A DNA stretch of 57,382 nucleotides from a virus (IMGVR_UViG_3300010384_000007:1-57382); one strand, 5' to 3'. Shown: positions 18,550-28,737, counted from the stretch's first letter. The notes: generated by a model not told the origin, from the letters alone. Program-made: numbers and translations.

Positions 18550-18783
18550 GTGGCATCGACGATCGGGATGGCGTTGCGAGCGGACGCGGCACAGGGCCGG
18601 ATTGCTGAGGCGATCGACGCCCTGTCGGCTCGGCTCGGCGTCGAGATCGCGCCACTGCCGTCGGATCACCGGGACCCGATCGCGGAGCCGACCCTGCGGC
18701 TGGAGTGGATCGCGGAGACGCTGGAGGCGCTGGCCGAGGCGGTGCCCGCCAAGCGGACCGCCAAGGCGAAGGGTGACGCATGA
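18550..18783 (+). CDS. Hypothetical protein
   Basis: AAGGAGG RBS with GTG start. Confidence 0.55.
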   Translation: MASTIGMALRADAAQGRIAEAIDALSARLGVEIAPLPSDHRDPIAEPTLRLEWIAETLEALAEAVPAKRTAKAKGDA

Positions 18784-19169
18784 GCTTTGATGCCTCCCTT
18801 CCCACGCTGAAAGACCATCTCCGGCTGGCGCTGTACGACATCGACCCGGCGAACGAGTTTCAGCCGGATACGACGTACGAGGCCAAGCTGGCGCTCTACG
18901 GCGCGGTCGAGGTCGAGTCGCTCGCCTACAAGCGGGCGAAGGCCGACATGATCGAGCCGGTCGCGAACGCGATGGATCGCCAGCCGTCGGGGATCAATCA
19001 GCAGGGGGTGGGAGGCATCAACTGGCCGGAGCAGGCCAAGACGCTCCGTGCCATGCTCGATGGCCTGCGCAAGGAGATCGCCGCCGTTGATGCAGCGGTC
19101 TCCCAGGCGGGCGTCGGGCAGATGATCGGCGTGCGCGCGCGGTATCTGGCAGGGGGGCGGACATGGTGA
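18780..19169 (+). CDS. Head-tail adaptor
   Basis: Position, size and the DHLRLALYD motif. Confidence 0.6.
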   Translation: MSFDASLPTLKDHLRLALYDIDPANEFQPDTTYEAKLALYGAVEVESLAYKRAKADMIEPVANAMDRQPSGINQQGVGGINWPEQAKTLRAMLDGLRKEIAAVDAAVSQAGVGQMIGVRARYLAGGRTW

Positions 19170-19573
19170 GGCCCTACCTGACACCGGGCACGGCGGGCCA
19201 GATCACCGAGGCGTTCTCGCGGCTGGACGCGACGTTCCGGATGTTCTGGGCGGATGCGTTCGTGGTCATGCGCCGGGCACTCGTCGATGACGGCCGGGGC
19301 GGCAAGACACAGACGTGGCAGCCCGTCACGCAGTCAGCAGGTGTCCCAACTGTCGGGCGTCTGCTCTCATCCAACCGGATGGGCGGGGAGCGCGTCGTTG
19401 CCCAGCAGGTCGTGGGCCGGACGCAGTACGACTTCCGGCTGGACGGCCGGGTGGATATCCAGACCGATGACGAGCTGGTCGTCAACGGCACGCGGCGGTT
19501 CGCGGTCGTGGCGATCGACCAGCCAAACCCGGACGATCTGGCGATGACGATCACGCTCGAAGACAGGACCTAG
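19163..19573 (+). CDS. Head closure protein
   Basis: DDGRGGKTQTW and DIQTDDELVVNGTRRFAV motifs. Confidence 0.65.
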   Translation: MVRPYLTPGTAGQITEAFSRLDATFRMFWADAFVVMRRALVDDGRGGKTQTWQPVTQSAGVPTVGRLLSSNRMGGERVVAQQVVGRTQYDFRLDGRVDIQTDDELVVNGTRRFAVVAIDQPNPDDLAMTITLEDRT

Positions 19574-19583
19574 GAGGCAGACC

Positions 19584-19760
19584 GTGGCAACCAAGCCCGT
19601 GGTAGCCCGGCTCCCGGACGGCCGGGAGTACGGATTCGAGTCCGACAAGATCGCGCTCCGGGAGCACCCGGACGCGAAGATTCTGCGCTACCAGAACGGC
19701 GATATCTACGAGGAGCCGGAGAAAAAGCCGGCCAAGGCCGACGACGAGAAGAAGGCGTGA
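19584..19760 (+). CDS. Small hypothetical protein, 58 aa (absent from the ORF track)
   Basis: AGGAGG plus GTG; MATKPVVARLPDGREYGF...; GTGA overlap with the next gene. Confidence 0.65.
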   Translation: MATKPVVARLPDGREYGFESDKIALREHPDAKILRYQNGDIYEEPEKKPAKADDEKKA

Positions 19761-20086
19761 GCGCCATCATCTCCGTCGTCTTCAACCGCCTGATCCCGAT
19801 GGGCGATGGCGTCGCGGCGAAGGTCGCAGCCACCAACGCGCAGGTGGCACAGCGGTTCGTCGCGGCGGCGGACCCCAAGACGCCCAAGGATACCGGACGG
19901 CTGGTGAGCACCAAGGTCGTCGAGTCCACGGGGGCTGGCGCCTCAATCACGTACACGGCGCCGTATGCCGGGTACCAGGAGTTCGGGACACGATACATCG
20001 CCCCGCGGGCGTTCGCGTCAGGCGCGGCCGATGAGGTTGCCCCCTGGTACATGGCCGAACTGGGCCGCGCGGTGGAGGGGCTCTGA
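19757..20086 (+). CDS. HK97 gp10-like neck/tail protein
   Basis: TPKDTGRL and APYAGYQEFGTRYIAPRAF motifs. Confidence 0.85.
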   Translation: MSAIISVVFNRLIPMGDGVAAKVAATNAQVAQRFVAAADPKTPKDTGRLVSTKVVESTGAGASITYTAPYAGYQEFGTRYIAPRAFASGAADEVAPWYMAELGRAVEGL

Positions 20087-20517
20087 TGCTCGGGGCGCGG
20101 ATCGTCGATCCGGTCATCTACACGGAGCTTTCCGGCCTCTCCGCCGTCACGGCGGCGGTGGCCGGCCGGATCATCAACGGCCCGGTCGTGCCGCAGGGCG
20201 TCGCGCTCCCGGCCTGCAATTTCTGGATGGAGCACTCCGTCTACAACACGCCGGAACTCGACACGTCCGCCCCGATCTACCAGGAGACCCTGCGCTACGT
20301 CATCCGCTTCCTCGTGCAGGGCGCGTCAGACGAGCCGGTCCTTGCCGCAGCCGAGGCGGCACTGGCTCACTTCCACGGCGCGCGCTTCGACGTCCCCGGC
20401 GGGACCGTCTGGTTCAGTGCGCAAGGGGAGTACCCGCTGACCGCTTTCACCGAAGGCGGCGACCAGTACCGGCAACTCGGCACCGTCTACACCGTAGAGA
20501 TCACGTCAGGAGGCTGA
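20086..20517 (+). CDS. Tail terminator protein
   Basis: Position before the tail tube gene; VAGRI..G.VPQG..LP motif. Confidence 0.65.
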   Translation: MLGARIVDPVIYTELSGLSAVTAAVAGRIINGPVVPQGVALPACNFWMEHSVYNTPELDTSAPIYQETLRYVIRFLVQGASDEPVLAAAEAALAHFHGARFDVPGGTVWFSAQGEYPLTAFTEGGDQYRQLGTVYTVEITSGG

Positions 20518-20518
20518 C

Positions 20519-21517
20519 ATGGCCCGATCCGTCGTCAATCAGGTGGTCCTCCTGCAGAAGGAGACCACGCCCGGCACCGCAGCCGTCAACGCGATGAAGC
20601 GGCTGCTGTCGATGAAGCTCACGCCGTCCTACAACGTGGACGGGACCCAGAGCTTCAAGGCCAGCGGCCACAAGGTCAACACCATCGTCCAGCTGGGCGA
20701 CATGTGGAGCACCTGGAACGTCGAGGGCATCCAGGACTTCAACAATATCGGCTTCGTCTTGGCCAGCATCTACGGCCCGCCGACAACTACCACGCCGTCC
20801 GGCGGCACGACGAGCAAGCAGCACGTCTTCAACCTCAACCCATCCGGCGCCGATCCGCAGGTCAGCTACACCGCGCAGTACGGCGACAGCGTGCAGGCGC
20901 TCCAGTCGACTTACTTCATGTTCCAGGGGCTTGACCTTGGGATCGAGCGCGGCAACCTGTCGTTCAGCAGCTCGGCGATCAGCCGCAAGTACACCAAGGG
21001 CGCAACGCTCGCCACGACCGGCGTGACCGACGTGCCCGCTGTGCCGATCCCGCAGCAGGGCTACGACGTCTTCGCCGACGACACATGGGCCGACCTGGGG
21101 ACGACCAAGCTGCTCGCCGCCTACTCCGGCAACGTCTCCAACGGCGACAAGTTCGTGCCGGACCGGCCGCTCAACAGCGCCGTCTCCGGCTTTGAGACGC
21201 TGATGGAGGCGGAGGATATCAGTTACAGCGGATCGCTCACGCTCGGGATGGATACCGCCGGGGTGGCCATGCTCGACACGATGGAGGCGGAGGCCGTCAA
21301 GTTCCTGCGCTTCAAGGCGGACGGCCCGCTGATCGAGGCGACCGTCAAGTACTCGATCATGTACGACCTCGCGGTCCGCATCACCAACGTCGGGGAGATC
21401 ACCAAGGCACCGAACAGCCCGGCCGTCTCCCTGCCGTTCGACTTCGAGTTCATCAAGGACCCGACCAGCGGCAAGGTCGCCCAGGTCACGTTGGTCAATA
21501 CCATCGCATCGTACTAG
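20519..21517 (+). CDS. Major tail (tube) protein
   Basis: KETTPGTA N-terminus and VTLVNTIASY C-terminus; position. Confidence 0.82.
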   Translation: MARSVVNQVVLLQKETTPGTAAVNAMKRLLSMKLTPSYNVDGTQSFKASGHKVNTIVQLGDMWSTWNVEGIQDFNNIGFVLASIYGPPTTTTPSGGTTSKQHVFNLNPSGADPQVSYTAQYGDSVQALQSTYFMFQGLDLGIERGNLSFSSSAISRKYTKGATLATTGVTDVPAVPIPQQGYDVFADDTWADLGTTKLLAAYSGNVSNGDKFVPDRPLNSAVSGFETLMEAEDISYSGSLTLGMDTAGVAMLDTMEAEAVKFLRFKADGPLIEATVKYSIMYDLAVRITNVGEITKAPNSPAVSLPFDFEFIKDPTSGKVAQVTLVNTIASY

Positions 21518-21552
21518 TCATAACGTAGCGCCGCAGAGCGCAGGAGCCGTCC

Positions 21553-21885
21553 ATGCCGAAGCTGAGCAGCATCCAGCGGGAGACGACCAAGGAGGTCGTC
21601 ATCCCCTTCGACGACGAGACGCTGACCATGACGATCGTGCCGTCCAAGGTGACGGTCGGCTGGCAGCGCAAGGCGAGCGAGCTGAGCAAGGCGAACGACC
21701 TGCCCGGCATCGCGGACCTGTTCTTCTCGGTCGTCAAGGACTGGGACCTGACCGATGACGCGGGCGCAAAGATTCCGCTGGATGCATCCGGGACCGATCA
21801 GCTCTCCATCGAGGTCTTCGTCGGTCTGATGGATAAGATGGTGGAGGCCCAGCGCCCAAACGACGAGACGACCTCGACCTCATAG
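21553..21885 (+). CDS. Tail assembly chaperone (G-like)
   Basis: VKDWDLTDDAGAKIP motif; between tube and tape measure genes. Confidence 0.8.
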   Translation: MPKLSSIQRETTKEVVIPFDDETLTMTIVPSKVTVGWQRKASELSKANDLPGIADLFFSVVKDWDLTDDAGAKIPLDASGTDQLSIEVFVGLMDKMVEAQRPNDETTSTS

Positions 21886-22109
21886 CGTGGGCCCTGGCGC
21901 ACCCGGATGAGTACGAGGTCAACGTGGGGCTGGGACTCTCCGACCCGTTGCCCGACTACGTGAGCATCGTGATGGAGGCCCGGTCGTGGGGCGTGACGCC
22001 GATGGAGTACCTGGAGTTCCCGGCCTACTGGGCGGAGGCGGGCCGGATCGTGGCGGAGGCAGAGGACGAGGCCCGGCGGCAGGTCGAGGCGCGGAGGGCG
22101 AAGGGATGA
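21855..22109 (+). CDS. Tail assembly chaperone GT extension via -1 frameshift
   Basis: Slippery C CCA AAC at 21855-21861; the -1 frame is open to the stop at 22109. Confidence 0.78.
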   Translation, partial: PKRRDDLDLIAWALAHPDEYEVNVGLGLSDPLPDYVSIVMEARSWGVTPMEYLEFPAYWAEAGRIVAEAEDEARRQVEARRAKG

Positions 22110-22300
22110 CGGAGCAAGACAAGCCGGGGAAGCTCAAGTGTCCCCGGCGTCTCCATGCCAAGATCGACCGGGGCGTGATCGAAATCCACTGCCGGTCCTG
22201 CTCGACGCCGGAGGCCACGGTCTACCACCGCTGGGACGTGCAGACGCGGGACCGGCTGCCGGACCGGGTAGAACGGGGGCAGCAGCGTGAGGCGGCCTAG
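22106..22300 (+). CDS. Mu Com-like zinc-ribbon protein
   Basis: LKCPRRLHAKI...IEIHCRSC; ATGA overlap. Confidence 0.6.
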   Translation: MTEQDKPGKLKCPRRLHAKIDRGVIEIHCRSCSTPEATVYHRWDVQTRDRLPDRVERGQQREAA

Positions 22301-22328
22301 CACGATCACGGCAGCGCAGGTCATGGTC

Positions 22329-22655
22329 TCATTTGGGGAGGGCAGCGCCGCAGTTCACGCAGAACTCGTGGGCCTTCCCCGTCTGATTGACCGCGCCACA
22401 GCGGAAGCAGCGTACAAAGCCCTTCTGGAGCGTTGTCCGGGTATAGGTGACGACGAGTTCCGGCTTCGGGGGGAAGATGAAGGCAAAGATCACCCCCATC
22501 AGCAGGATGCGCCCGCATCCCCGGCGCGGCTGGCGCTCCGTGACCTGTGCTGCGACCCAGCCGTCTTTCGCAAGTTTCGCGGCGTCCCGCGAATAGTCCT
22601 CGGGCTTGGTATAGACGCGGACCATTGACTCCTGGCGCTCGGCGGGGTGGGGCAT
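22329..22655 (-). CDS. Moron-like membrane protein with a C-terminal zinc ribbon
   Basis: One TM segment, CFRC...CVNC; AGGAG RBS; opposite strand within the tail operon. Confidence 0.65.
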   Translation of the reverse strand: MPHPAERQESMVRVYTKPEDYSRDAAKLAKDGWVAAQVTERQPRRGCGRILLMGVIFAFIFPPKPELVVTYTRTTLQKGFVRCFRCGAVNQTGKAHEFCVNCGAALPK

Positions 22656-22742
22656 CGGTCTCTCCTGGTGGCGCTCGTTTCCATCCCCTGCATCATACCA
22701 GCATTGCCCGGCGTGCCATCTATCGCAGGGCGGAGCGTCGGG

Positions 22743-22757
22743 TATACTGGACGTAAC
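22743..22757 (+). promoter_or_regulatory. Putative late promoter for the tape measure operon
   Basis: TATACT-gga-CGTAAC. Confidence 0.5.
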
Positions 22758-22822
22758 GTTAGTCCCTCGGTGTGCCCCTGAGCGCGTGAGGCTGTCAGCC
22801 GCATCCGCCCAGGGGCATTGTC

Positions 22823-25800
22823 GTGGCCGTCACCGCCGCCCAAGTCAAGGTCGAATTCAGGTCCGACGGCGCCGACAAGGTAGCCGGGGACCTGCGTTCG
22901 CTTGGCAAGGCGACCGACGACGCGGCCAAGAAACAGGGCTTCCTCGCTAGCGCGGCCAGTACCGCGATGGGCGTGGTGGGCGGGGGGCTCATCCTCGGGG
23001 CCATCAGCCAGGTTACCGCGTTCGGCAAGTCCGCCATCGGCGCCGGGCTGAGCTTCGAGCAGGGGATGGCAAACGTCGCCGCCGTGACGGGCGCAACGGG
23101 TACGGAACTCAAAACGCTCTCCGACCTCGCGCTCAAGATCGGCAAGGACACGGCGTTCGGCGCGAACGAAGCGACGCTGGCGATTGAAGAACTCGCCAAG
23201 GCCGGCGTCAGTACTCAGTCCATCCTGAACGGTGCGGCTGATGGGGCTGTGGCTCTTGCCGCTGCTGGTGGGGTTGCGCTTCCCGAAGCCGCCGCCGTTA
23301 TGTCTGCGGCGCTCAACCAGTTCGGCCTCGACGGCACACAGGCGACGCACGTTGCTGATCTACTCGCCGCAGCGGCGGCTACATCGGCGACGGGCGTCTC
23401 CGAGCTGGGCGAATCCCTGACCTACGTTGGCACCACCGCCCACGCGCTCAGCATCCCAATCGAAGACATCGTGACGGCGCTGGCGGCGATGGGTGACCAG
23501 GGTCTCATCGGCTCGATGGCCGGCACTGCGCTGAACCAGGCGCTCCTGCACATGACAAGCCCGACCGATACGGCGCGGGCGGCGATGGACGCGCTGGGGG
23601 TCAGCTTCGTCGATGTCAACGGGGCAATGAAGCCACTGCCGCAGATCGTTTCCGAGCTTGCTGCGGCGACTGCAGGGCTGAGCGATACCGCCCGGATGGA
23701 CTACCTCACGGATATCTTCGACGTGCAGGGCGCCCGAGCGATGAATGCGCTGCTCGCCACGCAGACCGATGCGGCAAAGGCCGCGGGCAAGAGCTGGGAA
23801 GACTACTACGCCTCGGTCAACCAGTCCGGTGCGGCTGCCCAGCAAGCCGCCGCGCGCATGGATAACACCCTCGGCTCCATCGAACAGTTGAAGGGCTCGC
23901 TCGAAACGCTGGCGATCATCGGGTCAATGATGGTCCTGCCGATGTTCCGCAGCATGATCGACGGGGCGGCGAAGGGGGTAGACGCCTTCACCGGCTTCAT
24001 CACCGCGATTCAGTCGCTCATCGGCGGAGGCAATGATCCGTTCACGGCAATCAGCCTGGCGATGCGGGGCTTCTTGACCAGCCTCTTTGGCCTTCGCGCC
24101 ATGAACCAGCTCATGCCGATGGTAGACGGACTGCTGGACGGCTTGCAGATGCTTGCGGACGGTGCGCAGGCCGCTGCGGCGGTCGTCGGTCCGATGCTCG
24201 GGGCAGCGTTCGCGTTCCTTGGAGACCACCTTACCGATGTCGTGGCGGCCCTCGGCGGCGTGCTCGCTGTCTTTGGCGGACTACTGGCGTGGAGCGCGCT
24301 TACCGCAGTCGTGGCGGCGCTTGGCGGGGCATTCCTAGCCCTGCTTGGTCCGCTCGGCCTCTTGATGGCGGCCGGTGCGGCCCTCGGCATCGCCTGGAAC
24401 CGAAACCTCTTCGGTATCCAGCAGAAAGTTGGCAAGGCGTTCTCTGCTGTTGCCACCGGCGCTAAGACGACGTTCGCGATCTTCCGTTCACTGACCGGTG
24501 TGATGAACCCGGTGGCTGCGGTCGTCGGCACGGTCGGGACGGGACTCGCCATCCTCGCTGCCCGCTTCCCGGCAATTGCCGGCCCAGTCGGTGCTGTCGC
24601 CAACGTCTTCAATCGCCTTACCGGCGTGCTGGACGATGCGGGTCAGCAGCTCAGCGCGTTCATGGACCAGGGGCTCAACCCCGTCGCGGCGGCGGCTGGG
24701 GTAGTTGCCGTTGGCTTCGCCAAGCTCGCGGATATGTTCCCGCAGTTCTCCGGATTCTTCTCCGGCATGCGCGACCAGTTCTCTGGCTGGATGGGCGTGG
24801 CGCAAGACCTCGGCACGGGGCTGGTCGATCTGTTCCGGGGCGACCTCTCCGGGGCCATGCTCGCGTTCGGCAACGCGGCGACGCAGGTCTGGGACAACGT
24901 CATCAACGGTGCGCAGACGCTCTGGACGGGCGTGCAGGAACTCGGAGGCGCGCTCTGGGACGCGGTGACCGGCGTCGATTGGGATGCGGTTGGCGCAACA
25001 GCCGGATCGCTCCTGTCGTCCGCGCTCAACCTTGCCATCAGTGGGACAGAGGCGCTGGGGGGCCTTGCCGCCAACCTGCTCGGCGGTCTGCTCAACACGC
25101 TCGTCTCGGTGGACTGGGCGGCGGTCGGAAACACGGTGAAGGGTTACCTCTCCAATGCCCTGAGTCTCGCCGTGGATGGGGTGCAGGCGTTGGCGGGGCT
25201 TGCGTCCTCGCTGCTTGGCTCCCTGCTCAATACCCTTTCCTCGGTCAACTGGGGTGCGGTTGGCGATACGGTCAAGGCGTATCTGTCTTCGGCGCTCAGC
25301 CTGGCTGTGGATGGAGTCCAGGCGCTCGCCGGTCTGGCCGATAGCCTGCTTGGTGGGCTGCTCAACACCATCAGTGCGGTGAACTGGGGCGCGGTCGGAG
25401 ACACGCTGCGGCAACTCTTCATGTCCGCGATGGCCAACGCCTTCTCGGCAGGGCAGTCGATCGGTGATGCCATTGGCGGCGGGATCGACCTCGCCGCGCA
25501 ACTGCTTGGTTGGCTGACCGCGCAGATGGCCGATGTGGATTGGGATTCGGCGGGGCAGACGTTCGGGCAGTTCCTCGGACACGCCATTCAAGGCATTTTC
25601 ACCGGTGGGGTCGCCCTCGTCGGTCTGGCCGGAGAGTTCCTTGGCGGCATTCTCAACAGCCTCGCGGATGTGGATTGGGATGCTGTCAAGAGCACGATCG
25701 GGCAGTTCCTCGTTGCGGCTGTGAAGGCTGCCGGGGAGTTCCTGAAGGGGACGTTCAAGGGGCTTTGGGATGGCCTGACAGATGGTTTGGAAGAGCAGGT

Positions 25801-26968
25801 GTCTCGGGCTCGAGATACGATCTTCAACTTCCTGAACGACATTATCGGCGGCATCAACAAAGTCATCGGTGGGTTGAACAAGCTACCCGGCGTGGATATC
25901 CCTGAGATTCCGCTCATCATCACGCCCAAGGTACAGATGGAGGGGCTCGGAGCCAGTGTCGCCGCGTGGGCAAAAGACCTTGGTGCGAAAGCCGCCGACG
26001 AAATGGCAGCAGCCTTTCAGAACCGGCTCAACACAGGCGCGATTGCAGGAAAGAACGCGGTCAATTGGGCGCGGAACCTCTATCCGGAGCCGACACCTGA
26101 GGCTGTCCCCGTTGCCCTCCCGCCGGGCATTGGCAATATCGGCCAGCTCGGCATGGGCAAGTACGACCAGACCGGCAATCGCGACATCACCATCACGATC
26201 AAGCAGGTGGGCGCCGAATCCGTCGCGGCCGCTGCGGCCATCGCCCAGGCAGCCATTGCCGCGATCCCGACCTCCTGGACGTCCTTCATTCTCCAAAGTG
26301 GCGCGGAGAGTGTGGCTGCCGCCGCTGTGGTCGCGCAAGCCGCCATTGCGGCGATCCCGACCAGCTGGACGACGTTCATCCTGCAGACGGGCGGCGAGGC
26401 GGTGGCCGCCGCCGCGGCGATCGCCCATGCGGCGATTGCCGCCATCCCCACGAGCTGGACGACGTTCTTTCTATACTCGGGCGCTGATGCCGTGATCGGC
26501 GCTGCCCATGACGTGGCTGCCGCCATTGCCGCGATCCCGAGCAGCAAGACCATCACCATCAGCACGGTCTCTATCGGCACCCCGAAGGCGTCCGGCGGCT
26601 ACGTCAACGGCGCGCTGACCCGGCTGGCAGAACTTGGCCCGGAACTGGTTTCGTTGCCAGGAGGGCAGTGGATGATGGCGCTTCGGGATGCCCTCTACCC
26701 CACGCCGATGGGCTCCTACGTCTACACGGCGGGACAGACGCGGGCGATGCAGGCCAGCCTGACGACGGTCGGCGCGTATGCGAGTGGCGGCTACGTCGGT
26801 GGGCGGCGGGGCGGATCGGGCGGTTACGGCGGGACGACCGTCGTGGTCGAAGTCCACGGCAACGTCTACGGCATGGACGACCTCGACCGGCAGGTTGGCG
26901 GCCGGGTGATCCAGGCGCTGGCCGAAGAGAGCGCCCGCCGCAACCGGGCACTGGGGGTGAGGCGATGA
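22823..26968 (+). CDS. Tape measure protein (TP901-type core)
   Basis: 1381 aa, Ala/Gly-rich; FEQGMANVAAV and GSMAGTAL core; VDWxAVG repeats; about 30-aa AAIAAIPTSWT repeats. Confidence 0.93.
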   Translation: MAVTAAQVKVEFRSDGADKVAGDLRSLGKATDDAAKKQGFLASAASTAMGVVGGGLILGAISQVTAFGKSAIGAGLSFEQGMANVAAVTGATGTELKTLSDLALKIGKDTAFGANEATLAIEELAKAGVSTQSILNGAADGAVALAAAGGVALPEAAAVMSAALNQFGLDGTQATHVADLLAAAAATSATGVSELGESLTYVGTTAHALSIPIEDIVTALAAMGDQGLIGSMAGTALNQALLHMTSPTDTARAAMDALGVSFVDVNGAMKPLPQIVSELAAATAGLSDTARMDYLTDIFDVQGARAMNALLATQTDAAKAAGKSWEDYYASVNQSGAAAQQAAARMDNTLGSIEQLKGSLETLAIIGSMMVLPMFRSMIDGAAKGVDAFTGFITAIQSLIGGGNDPFTAISLAMRGFLTSLFGLRAMNQLMPMVDGLLDGLQMLADGAQAAAAVVGPMLGAAFAFLGDHLTDVVAALGGVLAVFGGLLAWSALTAVVAALGGAFLALLGPLGLLMAAGAALGIAWNRNLFGIQQKVGKAFSAVATGAKTTFAIFRSLTGVMNPVAAVVGTVGTGLAILAARFPAIAGPVGAVANVFNRLTGVLDDAGQQLSAFMDQGLNPVAAAAGVVAVGFAKLADMFPQFSGFFSGMRDQFSGWMGVAQDLGTGLVDLFRGDLSGAMLAFGNAATQVWDNVINGAQTLWTGVQELGGALWDAVTGVDWDAVGATAGSLLSSALNLAISGTEALGGLAANLLGGLLNTLVSVDWAAVGNTVKGYLSNALSLAVDGVQALAGLASSLLGSLLNTLSSVNWGAVGDTVKAYLSSALSLAVDGVQALAGLADSLLGGLLNTISAVNWGAVGDTLRQLFMSAMANAFSAGQSIGDAIGGGIDLAAQLLGWLTAQMADVDWDSAGQTFGQFLGHAIQGIFTGGVALVGLAGEFLGGILNSLADVDWDAVKSTIGQFLVAAVKAAGEFLKGTFKGLWDGLTDGLEEQVSRARDTIFNFLNDIIGGINKVIGGLNKLPGVDIPEIPLIITPKVQMEGLGASVAAWAKDLGAKAADEMAAAFQNRLNTGAIAGKNAVNWARNLYPEPTPEAVPVALPPGIGNIGQLGMGKYDQTGNRDITITIKQVGAESVAAAAAIAQAAIAAIPTSWTSFILQSGAESVAAAAVVAQAAIAAIPTSWTTFILQTGGEAVAAAAAIAHAAIAAIPTSWTTFFLYSGADAVIGAAHDVAAAIAAIPSSKTITISTVSIGTPKASGGYVNGALTRLAELGPELVSLPGGQWMMALRDALYPTPMGSYVYTAGQTRAMQASLTTVGAYASGGYVGGRRGGSGGYGGTTVVVEVHGNVYGMDDLDRQVGGRVIQALAEESARRNRALGVRR

Positions 26969-28401
26969 CCGTGCGCACCGAGGCGTTCACCGGCTTCGGC
27001 GACGACCCCAACTGGAGCGTCAAGTTCGGTGTCCAGGGGCAGCCGGGCGCGGAGCGGGACTGGGCTTCCGGCCCGCGCGTTGCCGAGTTGGTCCCCGCGA
27101 CGGGCAACCGGACGATCCGTCAGCGTCGTGGCCGCGATCCGTGGACAATCGAGCTGGAGCTGCTGTTCGACGACTCCGACGCCCTGGAGGCGATGGATGC
27201 ACTGGTCGGGCAGAAGGCGACGCTCCGCCTGCCGTGGGGACATACCAAGCGCGTCGGCGGCACGCTGGAGGTGATCGGGTCCGAGCAGTACCTCACGCTC
27301 CCGGACACCTACCTGGCCAGCCTGGACCGGCACACGGGCTACATCAGCTACCCGGGCGGGATGCGGCGGGCGATCGCCGTTTTCAAGCGCGACTACATCG
27401 ACCCGCCCGCCTTCGTCCCGCCGGTCTGGCCTGCCCCGCCGTACCCCGGCGTGCGCAACCTGCCCGACCCGCTGCTCTTCCTCACGCAGCCGCTCTCCCG
27501 CAACGCTGCGGGGCCGATCAGCGCGGCGAGCGGGGCGGCTCGCCCGGCCGCGCTGGGCGGGTTCGGCGCGTGGCGGATCATCCCCGGCGCGCAGAACGCC
27601 GTCTGGAACCCGCGCTTTGTCGGCACGACCAACTGGACGGCAGACGGCGGCACGGCCTCGCTGACCGCCAACGGCGACGGCACGGCGCGGATGCAGGCGT
27701 CGGCCCTGTTCGACGGCATCAGCCAGGCGGCGGGGACGGGCCTTGCCGCGACCGCGGGGGATACCGTCACGGTCGCCGTGCGGATGCGCTCCCGGACGAC
27801 CAGCAAGAGCGTCACCCTCCAGATGTACGCCAACAACAGCAACAGCTACGCGAGCAACACCGCCGACCACAACAGCGGCGCCGTCACGGTGACGACGACG
27901 TGGCAGACGTTCAGCCGCACCCGCACGCTGACCGACGCCAGCACCGCCTACATCTTCCTCCGCCTCTCGCTGCCCGGCGCCGGGGCAGTCGATATCGACC
28001 TCTCCGAGCCGATCGTCACCAAGGCGGGGAGCGTGCCGGAGTTCGTGCCCGCCGTGGACGGTATGGGCGTCCTGCTCGCCGGGGATCAGTGGGACGGCAC
28101 GGCCAACGCCAGCCCAAGTACCCGGACCGCGGGCTCGGTTGGCGGGGCACTGGCCTCCTTCGGCTCGCTCTACCTCCGCTACTCCACCGACGGGACAACG
28201 GTGTCCAACACCGTGCTCACCGCGCCGGGCACGTTCGGCTCGGGTGCGGGGACGGTCAGCTACTCCGGCGGCACCCTCGCGATCACGTCCGGCTCGCAGG
28301 TCTGGCTCGCGGCGGCGATTGCCTACCCCGGCACGCTGACCGCCGGGCAGAAGACCTATCTCGACAGCCAGCCCACGTCCGCGTTGACGTGGGCCATGTA
28401 A
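26965..28401 (+). CDS. Distal-tail-like protein with a carbohydrate-binding extension
   Basis: ATGA overlap with the tape measure gene; NAVWNPRF...VTVTTTWQTFS CBM-like segment. Confidence 0.55.
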   Translation: MTVRTEAFTGFGDDPNWSVKFGVQGQPGAERDWASGPRVAELVPATGNRTIRQRRGRDPWTIELELLFDDSDALEAMDALVGQKATLRLPWGHTKRVGGTLEVIGSEQYLTLPDTYLASLDRHTGYISYPGGMRRAIAVFKRDYIDPPAFVPPVWPAPPYPGVRNLPDPLLFLTQPLSRNAAGPISAASGAARPAALGGFGAWRIIPGAQNAVWNPRFVGTTNWTADGGTASLTANGDGTARMQASALFDGISQAAGTGLAATAGDTVTVAVRMRSRTTSKSVTLQMYANNSNSYASNTADHNSGAVTVTTTWQTFSRTRTLTDASTAYIFLRLSLPGAGAVDIDLSEPIVTKAGSVPEFVPAVDGMGVLLAGDQWDGTANASPSTRTAGSVGGALASFGSLYLRYSTDGTTVSNTVLTAPGTFGSGAGTVSYSGGTLAITSGSQVWLAAAIAYPGTLTAGQKTYLDSQPTSALTWAM

Positions 28402-28410
28402 GGGGACCGT

Positions 28411-28737
28411 ATGGCGCTCACCATCAACCAGATCATGACAGCAGCCCGCGACATCAACAGCCCGTACGCCAACCAGGTGATGGGCGCGCTGATCCTCCAT
28501 GCCGACTGGCAGCGGCAGGGCAGTGCGGGGGAGAACGGGCGCACGGCGGCGACGGTGGCGTTCGCCCAGGACGTGCTCAATGCCCCGGACGCTTACACCT
28601 TCCGCTTCGCCGCCCGCTGCGGGCTCAACCCGACGATCCGGGACAACCAGGAGGACATCAACACCGTGCCGGACAGCGTCGTGATCCCGCTGATCGAGCA
28701 GTACTTTCCGCGCTACGCCCCTGAGGTAGCGTCGTAA
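28411..28737 (+). CDS. Hypothetical tail-region protein
   Basis: RBS and operon packing. Confidence 0.6.
   Translation: MALTINQIMTAARDINSPYANQVMGALILHADWQRQGSAGENGRTAATVAFAQDVLNAPDAYTFRFAARCGLNPTIRDNQEDINTVPDSVVIPLIEQYFPRYAPEVAS

Noticed and set aside
24960-26540. DNA repeats in the tape measure gene as a DGR template/variable repeat pair
   Set aside because: They are explained by protein repeats with third-position variation, and no reverse transcriptase is present.
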